From positions 74,400,001 to 74,464,000 of the forward strand of contig OX597814.1 of NCBI GenBank assembly GCA_951406725.2: a stretch of 64,000 nt of DNA, given 5' to 3'. This stretch comes from Octopus vulgaris. Its lineage: Eukaryota. A program made the position numbers and the translations under genes. Shown one piece after another: positions 24,886 through 38,105 of this stretch. Every line of letters starts with the position of its first letter. Position 1 is the first letter of the stretch. The notes beneath the pieces are model-generated. The model was not told the DNA's origin. It did not search any database and was given only the letters and a program-made list of their open reading frames with translations.

Positions 24886-26319
24886 GTCATTCACCAAAAA
24901 TGAATTTCCACTTAAGACAACTCCGACTGCCCTCAAGGCAAATGCCTTTTCTTGTCGTTAATCTACAAATGAAACTTGAGAGCTGTCATCCCGCCAAGCT
25001 AAGCTCGTCATTCTTCCAGTTTTTACATGATTTGATCTAAGACGTCTCACAAGTGTTGCCAGATTTTCAAAATCCAACTGAAAGCAAAATAAATTACAAC
25101 CCAAATTCATGTTCTTGTGTTTATTTTTATGGAATATTTGAAGAAATAAATTTGTAACAGCAATTTTGTATGAATAACTACTTTAACACAAGTTACCAGC
25201 GAATATTTCTTTTCGATAAGACTAGACCCCTCTAGAATTGCAACTTCTCACAATGGAGTACAGTCCTGCGCCCCTGAATCTAATCCCCATTCAAAAATCA
25301 GTTTATAATAGAACCCATACGTCATAAGTTAGTAAATGTTACAAAACCATGGGGAGGGTAACATTACAACTGGCGATCAGACGTAATTTTAATAGCAGTC
25401 GATGCCGGCTTAGTTATCTTTGGTCGTTGATAATCTACTTCCGGCTTGTTTAGCTCAACACCGTATAGCATTACTCAACATAGAAAAATCTCACATACAT
25501 GACCAGTGAGTTGTAAAAATTCGATCAATTGAAATTGTCTACGCAATAAGTAGGCAACAGCGCCTTCTAGGTATGCTTAAGAAGTCTAAAAACAAGAAAG
25601 GAAAGTACACACATACAAAAGATGACAAACACATTTTATGCACACACACGCATACACACAAAGACTCATGGAGACACACATGCATACATAACAGGCGCAC
25701 GAACATACACCAACTCATACATTTAGACACACTCATACACATGCAAAGAAGCAGAGGTACACACACACATGAATATGCAGGCTAGTGCGCGCACATAACA
25801 AAATCTCGCATAAAATCCCACAAAAAATAAGCAAAAACAAAAAAAGAACGCAGCTTCAATAACGGACAGTCGAAATCCATTGATACATTTGTAAATGCAG
25901 TGACGAAAAAGCCTTCTGGGATAAATAAATGAGTGGAAATTGAACCGGTTAGTGTTTTATATTAAGGCACTGTAACTCTTCCCAGACACAGCAAAAGTTA
26001 GATATTGTTTCGCAACTGATGTTATTTAAAACTTAAGTGAGTACTGCAAGAAGTCGTTAAAGATTCCGTGAGAAATTGTGATAAAGCGACCAATTATATG
26101 CCAATGTTTTGCCGAGCCATTTTTGTGTTTAATTCTTTGTTAATTTAGTATACACTCACTCTTAACATTTTCAAAATCTGTAGGTGTTGAGGAGACCTAT
26201 TTGTCCACAGTGTCTTGGTTAAGACCTTTTAAAGACAGTTTTATGATTTGTTTAATCTTTCGATAAATTTGCCTTTATGAAAAACTGAGAAAGGGATTCA
26301 TAAAGGTGTATAGTAATTG

Positions 26320-26388
26320 CTAGGGGTTTCCTGAGACATGGAACGTATTTCAAGAATTGCGTTAAAGCATAAAGGTTGGGAAACACTG
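26320..26388. mobile_element. hAT-like right terminal fragment
   Basis: Ends aaggttgggaaacactg, matching the TIR of 12832-13352. Confidence 0.45.
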
Positions 26389-27074
26389 ATATAGACAATG
26401 AGGATTGATTTAGATCTGGTCTTTAAAGCAAGCTAACTAGTGAAAGCAGTGGACATGTTCCGGTCTTATTAGAGATCATCAACGAAGCATATTCTACTCT
26501 GAGAGACCAAAAATAATCAATGTATATAGGAAGGGAGGTAATAAGGTGGCACTGATTTGGAATATTAACAGTATAGTTGTCAAACCATTATATTATGGAT
26601 CTGAGAATCTAGTGCAATTGAATCTGGTTTGCAGAATGCTGTCCTCTGCATATTGTTGATGTTCATAATCAGCACCAGTATCACTACATTTCTTTTTTCC
26701 CTTGCTATTTCTCCATATATTTCAATATATTACACTTGACCCACCAAAATAGCATCCACATTTCCTTCAAACGACTACTTACTGCCTTAAATAAAGAAAG
26801 AACAGATAATGTAGTATTAAATATTCCTAAAAAGACAGGATTACCATGGCTAGAATGTCTTTGATCGTTGGTCTGCCCGATCAGAGTTGACTTAAGGCTA
26901 AACAACAACAGCAGGCACTAAAATCTTACATATTTCTCTCGTTATCTAAGATCTAAACTGTAATGGTTAGATGAGGTTTACGGCAACGCGAAACCTTAAA
27001 GCTACACATAGTCTTTAAAAACTTAGTGTGAATTGTTAAAGGAATCTGATTTAAAAAAAAAAATACACAGCATA

Positions 27075-27232
27075 TTCACTTCCGAGTTCAAATTCCAAGG
27101 TCAACTTTGTCTTTCATCGTTTCCAGTATGGGAGCAGTGTCCGAAAAACCACAATGATAGTCATGTGTTGGTATTGATGTAATTGATTTACCCCCGTTCA
27201 AACTTACTGGTCTTGTGCCTAAATTAGATATT
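27075..27232 (+). mobile_element. SINE family B
   Basis: gagttcaaattccaaggtcaactttgtctttcatc...gatgtaattga...cttgtgcctaaa. Confidence 0.55.
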
Positions 27233-27826
27233 TATTCTAATGTGAAATAGCTACACATTTTCTATACAAACAGTATATTTCTATTTCGTCTTTAATATCT
27301 ATAATCACATTTTCACAATAAATGAAAATAGACTTTCTTGTATATTTAATATTTTTTTCTTCAATGAGGCTTTATTAGTTTTCATTAATTTAAAGTAAAA
27401 CTGAAATGTATAAGGGTTCACCTTCTCTGAGCTGCTAGACTATATTGTGCTGACGAGGTCTGTTAATTTTACATGTCCAGTCTTGTCACTATTTACAAAT
27501 CAATCACTGCCGACTTCATTCTTTTATTTTACACAATTTAAATTCTAGAGCTGTCTACCCTGGCTTTCTTTATAAAACTTTGTCATTAAAATACTGACGT
27601 ATCTCAAACCTGTCTGTCTGCTGGTCAGCACGTCACTGAAGTTTGAATGTCTTAAAGTGTGTAGGCAAATAAAGTAAAATGTGGTTGGGAGGTGGGTTGT
27701 GGTAGGTTAAACAGATGCTGATAAATGGGGATGGGTATGGTGTGTACATATATGAACATCTGTGTCACTCAAACTCCAGCGATTTACTTTTTAAATTACG
27801 CTATTTTATACCACACCACAGTTTCC

Positions 27827-28225
27827 TCACTTCACAGAAACTGAAACAAGGTTTCTAGTAACAGCGGGGATGAGATGATTCGAACTTTTGTGGATGTATA
27901 TAGTTTCCTCGTTGGGCTTCCTGTAAGGGCAGTACTTACCCGTTTTCAGGTCTAGGGCCACGTCTAGGAAGTCGACTGCGGCCAAGTTGATGATAACTGT
28001 TATGGACAGGCCGAATTCTTTGAATATTTTTATTAGGTCTTTCTTAAATTTATCCATTGCGTGGCCGTTCATATAGCTTGAGATTGCCACACCGTCTTCC
28101 TTGTAAACAATCGGTTAGTGTGGGCGTGTCTGTTTCTTGAGTGTATCCAGTACAAATAACCCGACGAGGTCGGCGGTTTCAGCCTCGTCGTATATACCCA
28201 TAGAAACGTTGAATAGTGGATTTAC
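27827..28225 (-). mobile_element. Penelope-like RT fragment (Naiad/Chlamys-like motifs)
   Basis: FNVSMGIYDEAETADLVGLFVL, VYKEDG (degenerate YRDDG), VDFLDVALDL...YRKPNEETIYIHKSSNH. Confidence 0.8.
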
Positions 28226-29355
28226 ACACTTTAACATCGTAGACTTTTACTATTCTATGTCGAAAACTTTTCTCCTGGATCATTCGTCAAATTAAAATGA
28301 TTTTTAATGGTTCTAATTTGCCATTATGACGTCACAATAGCCGTATCGTTTCCTCCAGAGCCTTCGTTTTATCAATATTCTCATTCTCACGGTGATTAAA
28401 AGTTAAGGTATGTGTGCTCTAGGATACCAACCCAAACAGAAGACTAACGTGAAGTCAGTCATCTTTCACCTTATTCTTAGTGTTTGTGAGGATGCTTTAT
28501 GCCGTTACAAGACATACGGTTGTGTTCCGTGCTCGTATGAACTCTTAGCAATTTCACCACAGGTATTTTATTGCAAACAATTGTGTGACTTGACTGTAAA
28601 GAGAATGTGACATTAACTAACAATAAAAATGATGAACATGGAAGAAAATACTCAACATATAATCATAGACATGTCAAGAGAATATGGCTGTAAATTTGGT
28701 ATTTTAATAATGTTTGTTGCTATTAAAAAGTTTCATAATATTTTAAAGATATTTCTATATCGAATTAAAACAGTTTCTTCATTACTTGTTTGATTAGCAA
28801 TATCGAAGGATTGCCGTTCATAAATGTCTTTGATAAATAAATCTTTATGTATCTTCGACTGTGTATGAGCGTATATGTTTGGATATGTAGTGCGTGTCAC
28901 TTCTCTCTTCCATTCTCCATTTCCAATTTTCTCCACTCCCTCTCTGTCTCGCGCTCTCTATCTCTATATATCTCTTCATCTCTCTCTTTCTTGCGCGCAC
29001 ACACACAGATTCAGAATACATACAAAATTTTTTGTAGGGATTAACGGTACAGCATGACGAAATAGTCATCAGAAGGCTAAATGGAAGGGAGATAATGACA
29101 GTGACCCGGCCGAGCGAATTTATTCTCTCGCGCGCGTGTATGTGAGGATGGTATGTGTGAGTGTGTATGTATGAATGTTGAGGAGGATGCGTGTAGGGCG
29201 AGCTGAAAAATATGTGGACCTGTGTGTGTATATGTGTGTAAGTGACCCAGTGCGCACATTAAGTGGAATGATATGCATTACATGTACTGGTATTTATGTG
29301 TGTGCATATGGACGTGTACGTATGTGTGCAAACACATTTGCCTCTGTGTGCGTGC

Positions 29356-29386
<31 letters not shown>

Positions 29387-29387
29387 C

Positions 29388-30363
29388 TGTTGTGGTTCAG
29401 CTTAAGGACAGAGCTGGTGACCTACTTTTGGGATAAACCCATTGTCCTGTCAGATTCAGGTGGATTGATCGGTTCTGGGTGGACCTGCGACCCCCTTCGG
29501 ATGAACTAGAGGTCGTTCTAAACACCCCTTGAAGAAGAGGAAGAGGAAAGTAGTGAGAAAGATAGAGTAAGGAATGAGAGCAGATAGAGAGGATATTAGC
29601 AGTGCAGAGAGGGATTGAGGGTAGTGATAGAGTAAGAGGTTTTTGGACAGTCGGATTTTGGTCGTCAAGGCAGGCGGTTGGGATGCAAGAGCTTGGCAAG
29701 TTGGAGTTAGCGGCACAGAGAGAGATATATACAGAGGAATAGGCGGCTGTTAGAGAGGAACTACAATATGGGACACTGGCTATTCTAGTAGAAACTAAAG
29801 GTATTTAATTATGTATTGATACGTGTTACGATGTAAAGAGACTGTAAAAGAAAAAAAGAGAAAGAAGAAAGAGAGAGAAAAAGAAGGACTCTGATGTAGT
29901 CGTTAAAGACTTTGAACTGTAACGTGAATTGTTGTGATACGAACATTGTATAATGTATTGAACTGTTCTGATTGGACTGTAACGTATCGTGAACATTATT
30001 TGATCTGAACTTATTTGTCTATGAACATTGTATATTGTATCCGCATGTTGTTTTCTTTAAATGCTTTGATCTGTGGTATACCCGTATGATGTATTGATTT
30101 GTTGTTTCCTTTAAATGTTTTAAATGTATCTGAAATGTATTTGATGTGTAACAATTGATTGTCATATAAACTAGTGTTAAATGTAAGCCAGTTGTGCCTT
30201 GCCTCTTTGTGTCTCTCTCTGTATCTCTCTGTGCTGCTGCTGCTGTTGTTGTTGTTGTGTCTCTCTCTCCTCTCCGAGTTTCGGTAGCTTATTCGCTGCA
30301 TCGAACGGGCCTGTGTGTGAGGGATTCCGTAACAGTTCGAATCGGAGGTCCCCCCTCGTAACA
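29388..30363. mobile_element. Solo LTR (976 bp), Gypsy-like
   Basis: Starts TGTTGTG, ends CGTAACA, flanked by 4-bp TSD ATAC (29384-29387 and 30364-30367); no internal coding region. Confidence 0.8.
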
Positions 30364-30369
30364 ATACGT

Positions 30370-30738
30370 ACAAAACGCCCCCCCCCCCCGTCCAATGGAC
30401 GGTGCTGAGTTGTCAAACATTTAAACTAAATTTTCTCAAAAAATCTTGTCCGACCGTCCCATAGGCCTCCCCTTTGATAAACACTGATTTAACCTAAATT
30501 TGAGACACCGGCAAAAGAAGAAATAAACATATACTTTTTTCTATTCCAAGAAAAACGATTTTACAAATGCACGTTCCCACGGCTTTATCGATCGCATTCT
30601 CACCTGGAATCGATTTTTGTAATTTTTTCAAGACTTATGCACGCCCTGATACCGTCGGTATCTACATATCAAATTTGAGCATAATCGGATGGAGGATGCC
30701 CGAGATCCTAGAAGACACACACACAGACTGAACGGATT

Positions 30739-30745
<7 letters not shown>
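30370..30745. mobile_element. DINE-1/Helentron-like non-autonomous element
   Basis: caaatttgagcataatcggatg...acacacacagac...ttttataata end typical of DINE-1/HINE-like repeats. Confidence 0.4.
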
Positions 30746-30789
<44 letters not shown>

Positions 30790-30859
30790 GCATTTACACA
30801 AACACATGGGTGAGAGAGTTGGTATGTGAAAGCACGTGGTTGGATGTATAAAAACAAAA

Positions 30860-33800
30860 TAGAATGAAAAAAACTACAGAAGATTTGTATTATATGGTTA
30901 AAAGATATATTAAAATCGTCATGTTAGGAAAATGATATAAAATTTTGCGTATAGTGACATTGTTTTTGGAGAAATAACCGGTTTCGCATTTTCTTTTCAA
31001 ATTTCTCAAATTTCTTTACCGATGTGTCATTTATTCGTTATGGTGGTGATGTAGCGTTCGAAACAGAGGGAGATAATCAAGGAGTTTTTCGGTGTAAGGG
31101 AGATAATAAAAATATGTTGGGAATGATTAGGTTTTGATAGAATAAAATGTTAGAAATGGTTAAGTTTAGGTTTATATTTTTCAATGAGGTAGGTTTCCTT
31201 ATTTAAAAGTGCTAGAAATGGTTAAGTTTTGGCTTATATTTTTCAATGAAGTAGGTTTCTATGTTTAATCTAAATTGTGTTGGTGTTCCAATAGCACGTT
31301 GATAAAATGGAAAGATTACAAATTGTGGTAGCAGTTGTTATGTGCATCTGTCAATGTGGTCACTAAAGGGTATCATTCTGTATTCTGGGAATGCAATTTG
31401 CTGTTGGTGCAGAGTGCATCTGTGTCTGAACGATAATTCCGTGGACCCTATGTAGTCTTGGTGGAAGCCCAAGCAAAACTGCAATCAACATTTTTTAGCC
31501 CCAGACCAGAGACACCAGGTCACAGGTTGGAACCTGGTGATCAGGAAAAACCAAAGATAATTAACCTCTCAACTAAACCTCTTTCAAGCACAAAGATAGA
31601 CAACCTCTCAAAAGGGTTAAAATTCACCCCAACTCCATGCAGAGCTAACCAAAATGAAGTGAAAGACAGTATAATAGAATTCTGTAGAAATTTAAGACTC
31701 ACAGTAGCATTAACCAATTACAATACATAAATCAGGTTTTCTGAGGTAGAAGTAAAATCAGATTTGATTTTGAATTTTTGTCCCTCTTTAAAAAGGAACT
31801 CTGATCCTTCTTGATAGTTGGGACATGTTGCACAATTTGGTCAACCACTTTTTCACTTTGCGTCCATTATTTCAGAAAAGAATTTTATCTTTGTGAGGAT
31901 CTTTTTTAATGACTTCGGTTGTTTGTGGCTTTTAATGATCTTATGTGTATGTAAAATTTCCTTTAATTTGGGGTCCTTATGTAGCATTGGTAGATTTGGG
32001 GTGATGATGGTGAAGGCTTCTTTGTTTCTGAGGTTGTAAGTGGATATGTATGGCAGTGTTTTCAGGGAGGGTGTGTTGCAACACAGAATCAGACGTGCAA
32101 CACTATTTGTGTTGCACGTCTGATTCCATCCTCTATGAGTTGAACTGAGTAGTGCCTGTCAATGAGGGTGATTTTGAGTTCTTGCAGTCTAAAGTCTCTG
32201 GTATATTTTTCTGACACTATGGTGCATATCCTTCTTGCAAGGTTGAAGGGGATGTTTGTTTTGGTGTGTTTTGGGTGGCATGAATTAAATAGTAGATATT
32301 GTTTGGCGTTTGTGGTTTTGTAAAATGTCCATTTCTGTTTTTAGGTTTATTTTTTTAACTAATATATCCAGAATGGGAGCTCCTCTTGGTTGTATTCCAT
32401 TGTGAATTGTATGTTTGGGTTGATGCTGTTCAATAGTCTTTTGAATTCCAGGAGTTTGTCTATGTTTTTATTGCATAGGATGAAACAGTCGTCCAGGAAT
32501 CTTTTCCAATTCTCTTTTATGTTTTGGGAAAGAGGGTTTCCAAAGGTAGATAAAGATTCCTGGTATATTCTTATTTCCAGATAGCCCATTGTTAGGTTTA
32601 CAATAACTGGGGTTGCTCTAGTGCCCATGGCAATTCTAGATTTTTGTCTATAAAAAGTGTTATCAAACATGAAATGGTTGTTTCATAGGATGAATTCAAT
32701 TGATTCAATTATGAACTCTTTGCTAATCCTTTCTGGTATTTCTTCTGGATATTGGTCCAGCCAGAACTGAATTGCCTCTAGTTCATAATTATGAGGTATA
32801 CTAGTATATGTTAATCACATCAAATGAAACCATGAATGTTTCTTCTTTGACTTTTTTGGGGAGGTGATTTAACATGTCCAAGTCATCTCTGATGTGTTTA
32901 AGGAAGGGTTTCTGGAGGATGTCCATAAATAGACTTTGTCTGTATGTTTCACAGGCTGGGCCAGCTATAATGGGTTGCAACTTTAGTATGTATATCTTTG
33001 GTGATTTTTTAATGGTTTCACTTATAATCTGGCTTTTGTGGATTTTTGGTAGACTGTAGAATAGGCTAGGTTTGCATTTAAAGTTTGTTAAATAGTCGAT
33101 TTCTTTGGTTGTCAGTTCTTTTCTGTGGGTTTTAATTAGTGAGGATAGGGTTTTCATTTTTTTTGGGGTGGGGAGAGAGTAGGGTGTAGTTTGTGATTTT
33201 TTTCTTAATGTTGACTTTCATTAAGTATAGAGATTACTAGATTTTTATAGTATAATGTGTCTATTACTACCACTGCACTTCCTTTATCTGCTTTCGTAAT
33301 ATCTTCATTATTTTGAAGTTCTATTAGTTCCTTCCATTGTGTAGTGCTAAAGTTTGAGGTAATTTTTTGTTTATGCATGGTGTGGTAGGGAAAGTTCTCA
33401 ATGTGATTGCAGAATTCATCAAGATTTTTATTTCTTCCTCTGTGGGGGATGTATTCACTTTTGTTTTTGACTAGTGAGTCATCTGCAGTATTGTAATTGG
33501 TTAATGCTACTGTGAGTCTTAAATTTCTACAGAATTCTATTATACTGTCTTTCACTTCATTTTGGTTAGCTCTGCATGGAGTTGGGGTGAATTTTAACCC
33601 TTTTGAGAGGTTGTCTATCTTTGTGCTTGAAAGAGGTTTAGTTGAGAGGTTAATTATCTTTGGTTTTTCCTGATCACCAGGTTCCAACCTGTGACCTGGT
33701 GTCTCTGGTCTGGGGCTAAAAAATGTTGATTGCAGTTTTGTTTGTATGCGCTGTCTGTGAGGTTGTCTGGTATTGGTCCGGGGGAGTAGTGGTCCGAGGA

Positions 33801-34060
33801 GGTAGTGGTCCGGGGAGGTAGTGGCCTTAGATTGTTATGTGTGTGTGGGTGTCTATGGGTGTCTTGGTTAGTGATGTGTATAACATTTCTGAGAATAGCC
33901 TGGATAAATGGGTGTACGCTCAACAGGAGTCTGTAGGCTGGAGACACAGCAAGGGAGAGCACTTGTCCTTAGTAGTCGGTGTAAACTTAGATCCTACCAG
34001 AACGTCTCATTTAATACTTTTTATTAACTGTTTATCGTGTTTATTTAAAATTTATTTCTT
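30860..34060 (-). mobile_element. Near full-length but pseudogenised Penelope-like element (Neptune-like)
   Basis: IINLS...LSKGLKFTPTP, KADKGSAVVV, YSLPKIHK, VSFDV, AMGT, WKRFLDDCF, IQFTME, SCHPKHTKTNIP, Cys linker PNCATCP, NLIY...DYIGST (GIY-YIG); frameshifts; degenerate hammerhead-like GAAACCGGTT near 30970. Confidence 0.9.
31472..31726 (+). repeat. Inverted internal duplication of Penelope 5' ORF segment ~33487-33741
   Basis: Both encode EPGDQEKPKIINLSTKPL...ALTNYNT, on opposite strands. Confidence 0.9.
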
Positions 34061-34579
34061 ATAAAAGAAATTTTTGTTTCACAGTTTGTTCTTATGTCTC
34101 ATCATCCCCCTCCCCCCCAGTGAATTTCGGAGGATGAAGCACCGAAGTGAGCAAGTTGAATATATTGTAGGTGTGTTACTGTATCCGAGACACAAAGGGA
34201 GAATGAATGATGTTTAGCGAGGTTTGATAGAACTATTCCAGTCATTTTTTTCTTTTATTTGTTATTTGCCATACCTCTTTTATTTCCTTTAATTTTCGCC
34301 GCCATCGTTGAAATAAATAAACCCACATAAAATAATATTTCATTAAAATTTTTCTTAAAATTAAATATATGACGGAACAAATTTTCATATAGAAATACAT
34401 ACCCACCTACTTTATATTCACATACATACATGCCCCTCCTCCCACATTACTGCACCAGGACTGAATCTAAAAGATCAAAAGCTAAAAGTAAAAAAAATTG
34501 TTACATTTCTATCCAGTCTAGGGGAAAAAACTCTGCCGATTTTTTTGTTATGAAGTAAATCGAAGCTATTATTTGTTTT

Positions 34580-34775
34580 TACTCCGAAATTTTATGGGAG
34601 GAGGCCAGTCGATTAGATCAATTGCAGTACGCAACTGGTACTTAATTTATCGACCCCGAAAGGATGAAAGGCAAAGACGACCTCGGCGAAATTTGAATTC
34701 AGAATGTAAAGACAGACGAAATACTGCCAAGCATTCGCCCGGCGTGCTAATGTTTCTTACCAGCTCGCCGCCTTA
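34580..34775 (-). mobile_element. SINE family B (best-preserved copy)
   Basis: tggtacttaatttatcgaccccgaaaggatgaaaggcaaagacgacctcggcgaaatttgaattcagaatg...ccagctcgccgcc; minus-strand head has A/B boxes. Confidence 0.8.
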
Positions 34776-35009
34776 ATCAAGGCTATTATTGTGAGGTTGG
34801 TAGACGTTGGTGATGCCATCTTAAAGTTTATTGCAAAGAAGTAATCATCTGAAAGACCATATCATTTGAGAACAGCAAAATGATATTAGATGTATTGCTT
34901 TGAATTCCTAGTCTTTTTTCCATTCGCTTTGTTAAATTTTGAAATGCAGCGTTATAACGAAATTTTAAAAATCAGAATTCATCGAATAATATATTTCTCT
35001 CTTGGGTAT

Positions 35010-35140
35010 TTCTGCCGAGGTCGACCTTGCCTTTCATTCTTTCAGGGTCGATGAAATAAGAGCCAGTTGAGCACTGGGGTTGATGTAATTGACTTGCCCC
35101 CGCCCACCAAATTTAAAGCCATGTGCCTATAATAGAAGGA
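35010..35140 (+). mobile_element. SINE family B
   Basis: gccgaggtcgaccttgcctttcattctttcagggtcgatgaaataag; inverted relative to 34580-34775. Confidence 0.75.
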
Positions 35141-35599
35141 ATATTTCTCTGTTGGATAAAATAGTTAAAATTTGTATTAAAAACTTCGCATACAAAATTA
35201 ACGCTACATTAATATGGAATATTACTTGACCATAACTGAAGAAATTTTTAAAAATTTATCTTAATAAGTGATTTCTAAGATAACTGAATTAAAATACAAC
35301 ACTAATAAATGTCAATTCAACTCCACAATGATATAGTCATGAGGGATCTAAATCTGAACCACATCTGAATATCTGAATAAACCTGAATAACAGACTTTAA
35401 GTGAAATATCTGCTACAACCAACTATATTTAGTTTGTTTTAAACAAGAGAAATAAATTTTACTCGCTTAATGTGCTATACTGACTTATAGATCGTAAGTA
35501 ATTGTGCAAGTATGATCTCAATTTTTTTTAAAGATGTTACAAAGAGATTCAGGATCAGTAATATGTTCAAAGAAAGTTGATAATTTATTATTATGTTCA

Positions 35600-35890
35600 G
35601 GGGTTAGAGCGTCGGGTTCACAATCATAAGGTAGTGAGTTTGGTCCCTTGACCGGGTCATGTGTTGTGTTCTTGAACAAGACACTTTATTTCACACTGCT
35701 CCAGTTCACGCAGCTGTAGAAATGAGTTGCAACATCACTTGTGCCAAGCCTTGGATAACATCAGTGGCCTGGAGAGGAGAGGCTGATATGCATGGGGGAC
35801 TGCTGGTCCTCTATAAAACAACCTTGCCTGGACTTGTGCCTCGGAGGGTAACTTTCTAAGTGCAATCCCATGGTCATTCATGACCAAGGG
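35600..35890 (+). mobile_element. tRNA-derived SINE family C
   Basis: ggttagagcgtcgg...gtgagttt tRNA-like head followed by tgtgttcttgaacaagacacttt CORE-like segment. Confidence 0.55.
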
Positions 35891-36287
35891 AGAGGTGTCT
35901 TTACTCTAGCTGATTTAGACATTGACAATAGGACTTAGTTAAATTGAAGGAGAGTTTCCACTGAAAAATAAACAGAATCTCAATGACCGAAATATCCAGA
36001 CTAGCTGTGTTAAAAATGTGTGTGTGTGTGTATGTATGAATGTATGTATGTAGGAATGTATGCGTGTATATATATGTGTGTGTGCATGTATGTATGTGTG
36101 TGTGCGTGCGCGTATGACTTTTCTTTGAGTTTTATTTAAGTTCTTCTTAAGAGAGTTCAAGTCGGTCGCTAACAAAACGACAAGACTTTTTGAGTTAAGA
36201 GAGTTTTCAGCGTTTGTAAATATGTAGTTGAGTTAGTGTTTTGGTTGTACTGTCGGGGCATATATCCAACACATCTACTCAACTGTA

Positions 36288-36343
<56 letters not shown>

Positions 36344-36417
36344 TGTGTGTGTATGTGTGTGTGTGTGTGTGTGTGTATGTATATGCATGCTTATATACAT
36401 ATATATACATGTGTGTA

Positions 36418-38105
36418 TATTGGGTCATCCCATAACTAATGTGTTTTTTCAATTGCATGAACTAAAAGTCGGAGGGGTATGGGATAAACTATCAGATCAT
36501 CCCATAAGTTCTGTCCGGTTTTCCCTTTTTAAAAATTGAATGAAATTTAATTGTATTTTAGAATGTTTAATGGAATTAAAAATTATTTTTATGCATTTGT
36601 GTACATTTAAACTAATAAATATTATTTTACAGAATAATAGAATTAAAATTTCTAACATGGAAGTATCCAAAGAGAATTTGAGGTACATAATGATTTATGA
36701 GTACAAAAAAGGTAACTCTGCACCCGATGTGACTCAAAACATACACCCAGTTTATGGGAAAGAATGCTTGAATGAAAGAACTTGCAGAAGGTGGTTTGCA
36801 AAATCCAGAAGTGGAGATTTCAGCCTTGAAGATGAAGATTGAACAGGACGTCCAGTTGAGTCTGATGATAAACTCCTTGAGGCATTACTTGAAGAAAATC
36901 CCACATTATCAGTTGAAGAATTGGCAATAAAGCTTAGTTCAACTGTTCACCGTCATCTTGGAAAGGTTCCTAAACTTGGAAAATGGGTGCCTCATGAATT
37001 GTTCGAAAGCAACCGCAAATCCCGAGATGACATCTGCTCTTCTCTCCATTCTCACGAACTCATTTCACCCTTTTTGGATAGACTTGTGACTGGTGATGAA
37101 AAATGGATCTTCTATTGAAATGTTAATTGTCGTGAGCAGTGGCTTGGCAAAAGGGAAAAAGCTCAACCACGACCGAGGAGGGAAAAAAGTTCTTCTCTCT
37201 ATCTGGTGGGATTGCAAAGGAGTAATTCACTTTGAATTCTTACCACCTAATGCAACAATCAATGCTCAAGTGTACTGTCAGCAATTAGAGCGTTTGAACC
37301 AAGCTTTGAACAAAAAAAAGACCTGCTTTAATCGAAAAGGAGTGATGTTTCATCAGGACAATGCGCGACCCCAAACTGCGAAGATCGCATCACAGAAGAT
37401 CGAAGAGCTTGGTTGGGAAAAAATTCCTCATCCACCTTACTCTCCTGACCTTGCTCCTTCAGACTACCATTTGTTTCGTAGTTTACAGAATTATTTGGGG
37501 GACATAACATTCGCAAGCCAGGAGGAGGTCGAAACTGACATTTCAGAGTTGTTCGCTTTGAAACCAAAAGAGTTTTACATTGATGGGATTAAAAAGCTTG
37601 TAAATAGATGGAAGGAAGTCATAGATAATCAGGGAAAGTACATTGATGATTAAATTTCAATTAAATATAACATTTGATCACTTGTTTTCTTTATTAAAAA
37701 TTCGGACAGAACTTATGGGATGACCTGATACCTGCATCAACTTGCTATAAAAACAGGTAATAATCTTATTTTGTACTTATTCTTAGTGCAAGTTTTGAAA
37801 AGTGCAGTTCGATTTTAACAGTTATTTTTTCAAAGCTATGATGGAAGTGACAAAGGAGCTTACTTAGCATATTTTGCTTTATGAGTTCAATAAAGGCAAC
37901 AATGCAACGAAAGTGCGACGAATATTAATGTGATATATGGGGATCAGACAATAAGTGTCAACGGTTGTTCCAGAGATTCTGAGCCGGAAACTACAGCCTA
38001 GAAGTCGAGACTCGTCCTAGAAGACTTGTAGAGCTTGGCGAAGACGTCCTGCAAACCCTGGAGGAACAAAATCCTATTGTAACTGTTGAGGAATTAGCAG
38101 AGTAT
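36418..38105 (+). mobile_element. Older mariner 5' half, interrupted by the younger mariner
   Basis: TIR tattgggtcatcccataa at 36418; resumes after 37730 with MEVTKE...HILLYEFNKGNNAT...NPIVTVEELA. Confidence 0.75.
36490..37730 (+). mobile_element. Full-length mariner (DD34D), transposase pseudogene 36657-37653
   Basis: TA-flanked TIRs tcagatcatcccataagttctgtccg / cggacagaacttatgggatgacctga; WVPHEL, TGDEKW, HQDNA, YSPDLAPSDYHLF; stop at ~36840 plus frameshifts. Confidence 0.93.

Noticed and set aside
27445-27635. Hammerhead-like ctgacgag and gtcagcac motifs near the Penelope fragment
   Set aside because: I could not build a complete core with GAAA and paired stems.
36657-37653. SETMAR-like domesticated gene
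   Set aside because: TIR-flanked, with a stop and frameshifts and no SET domain; an ordinary mariner relic.
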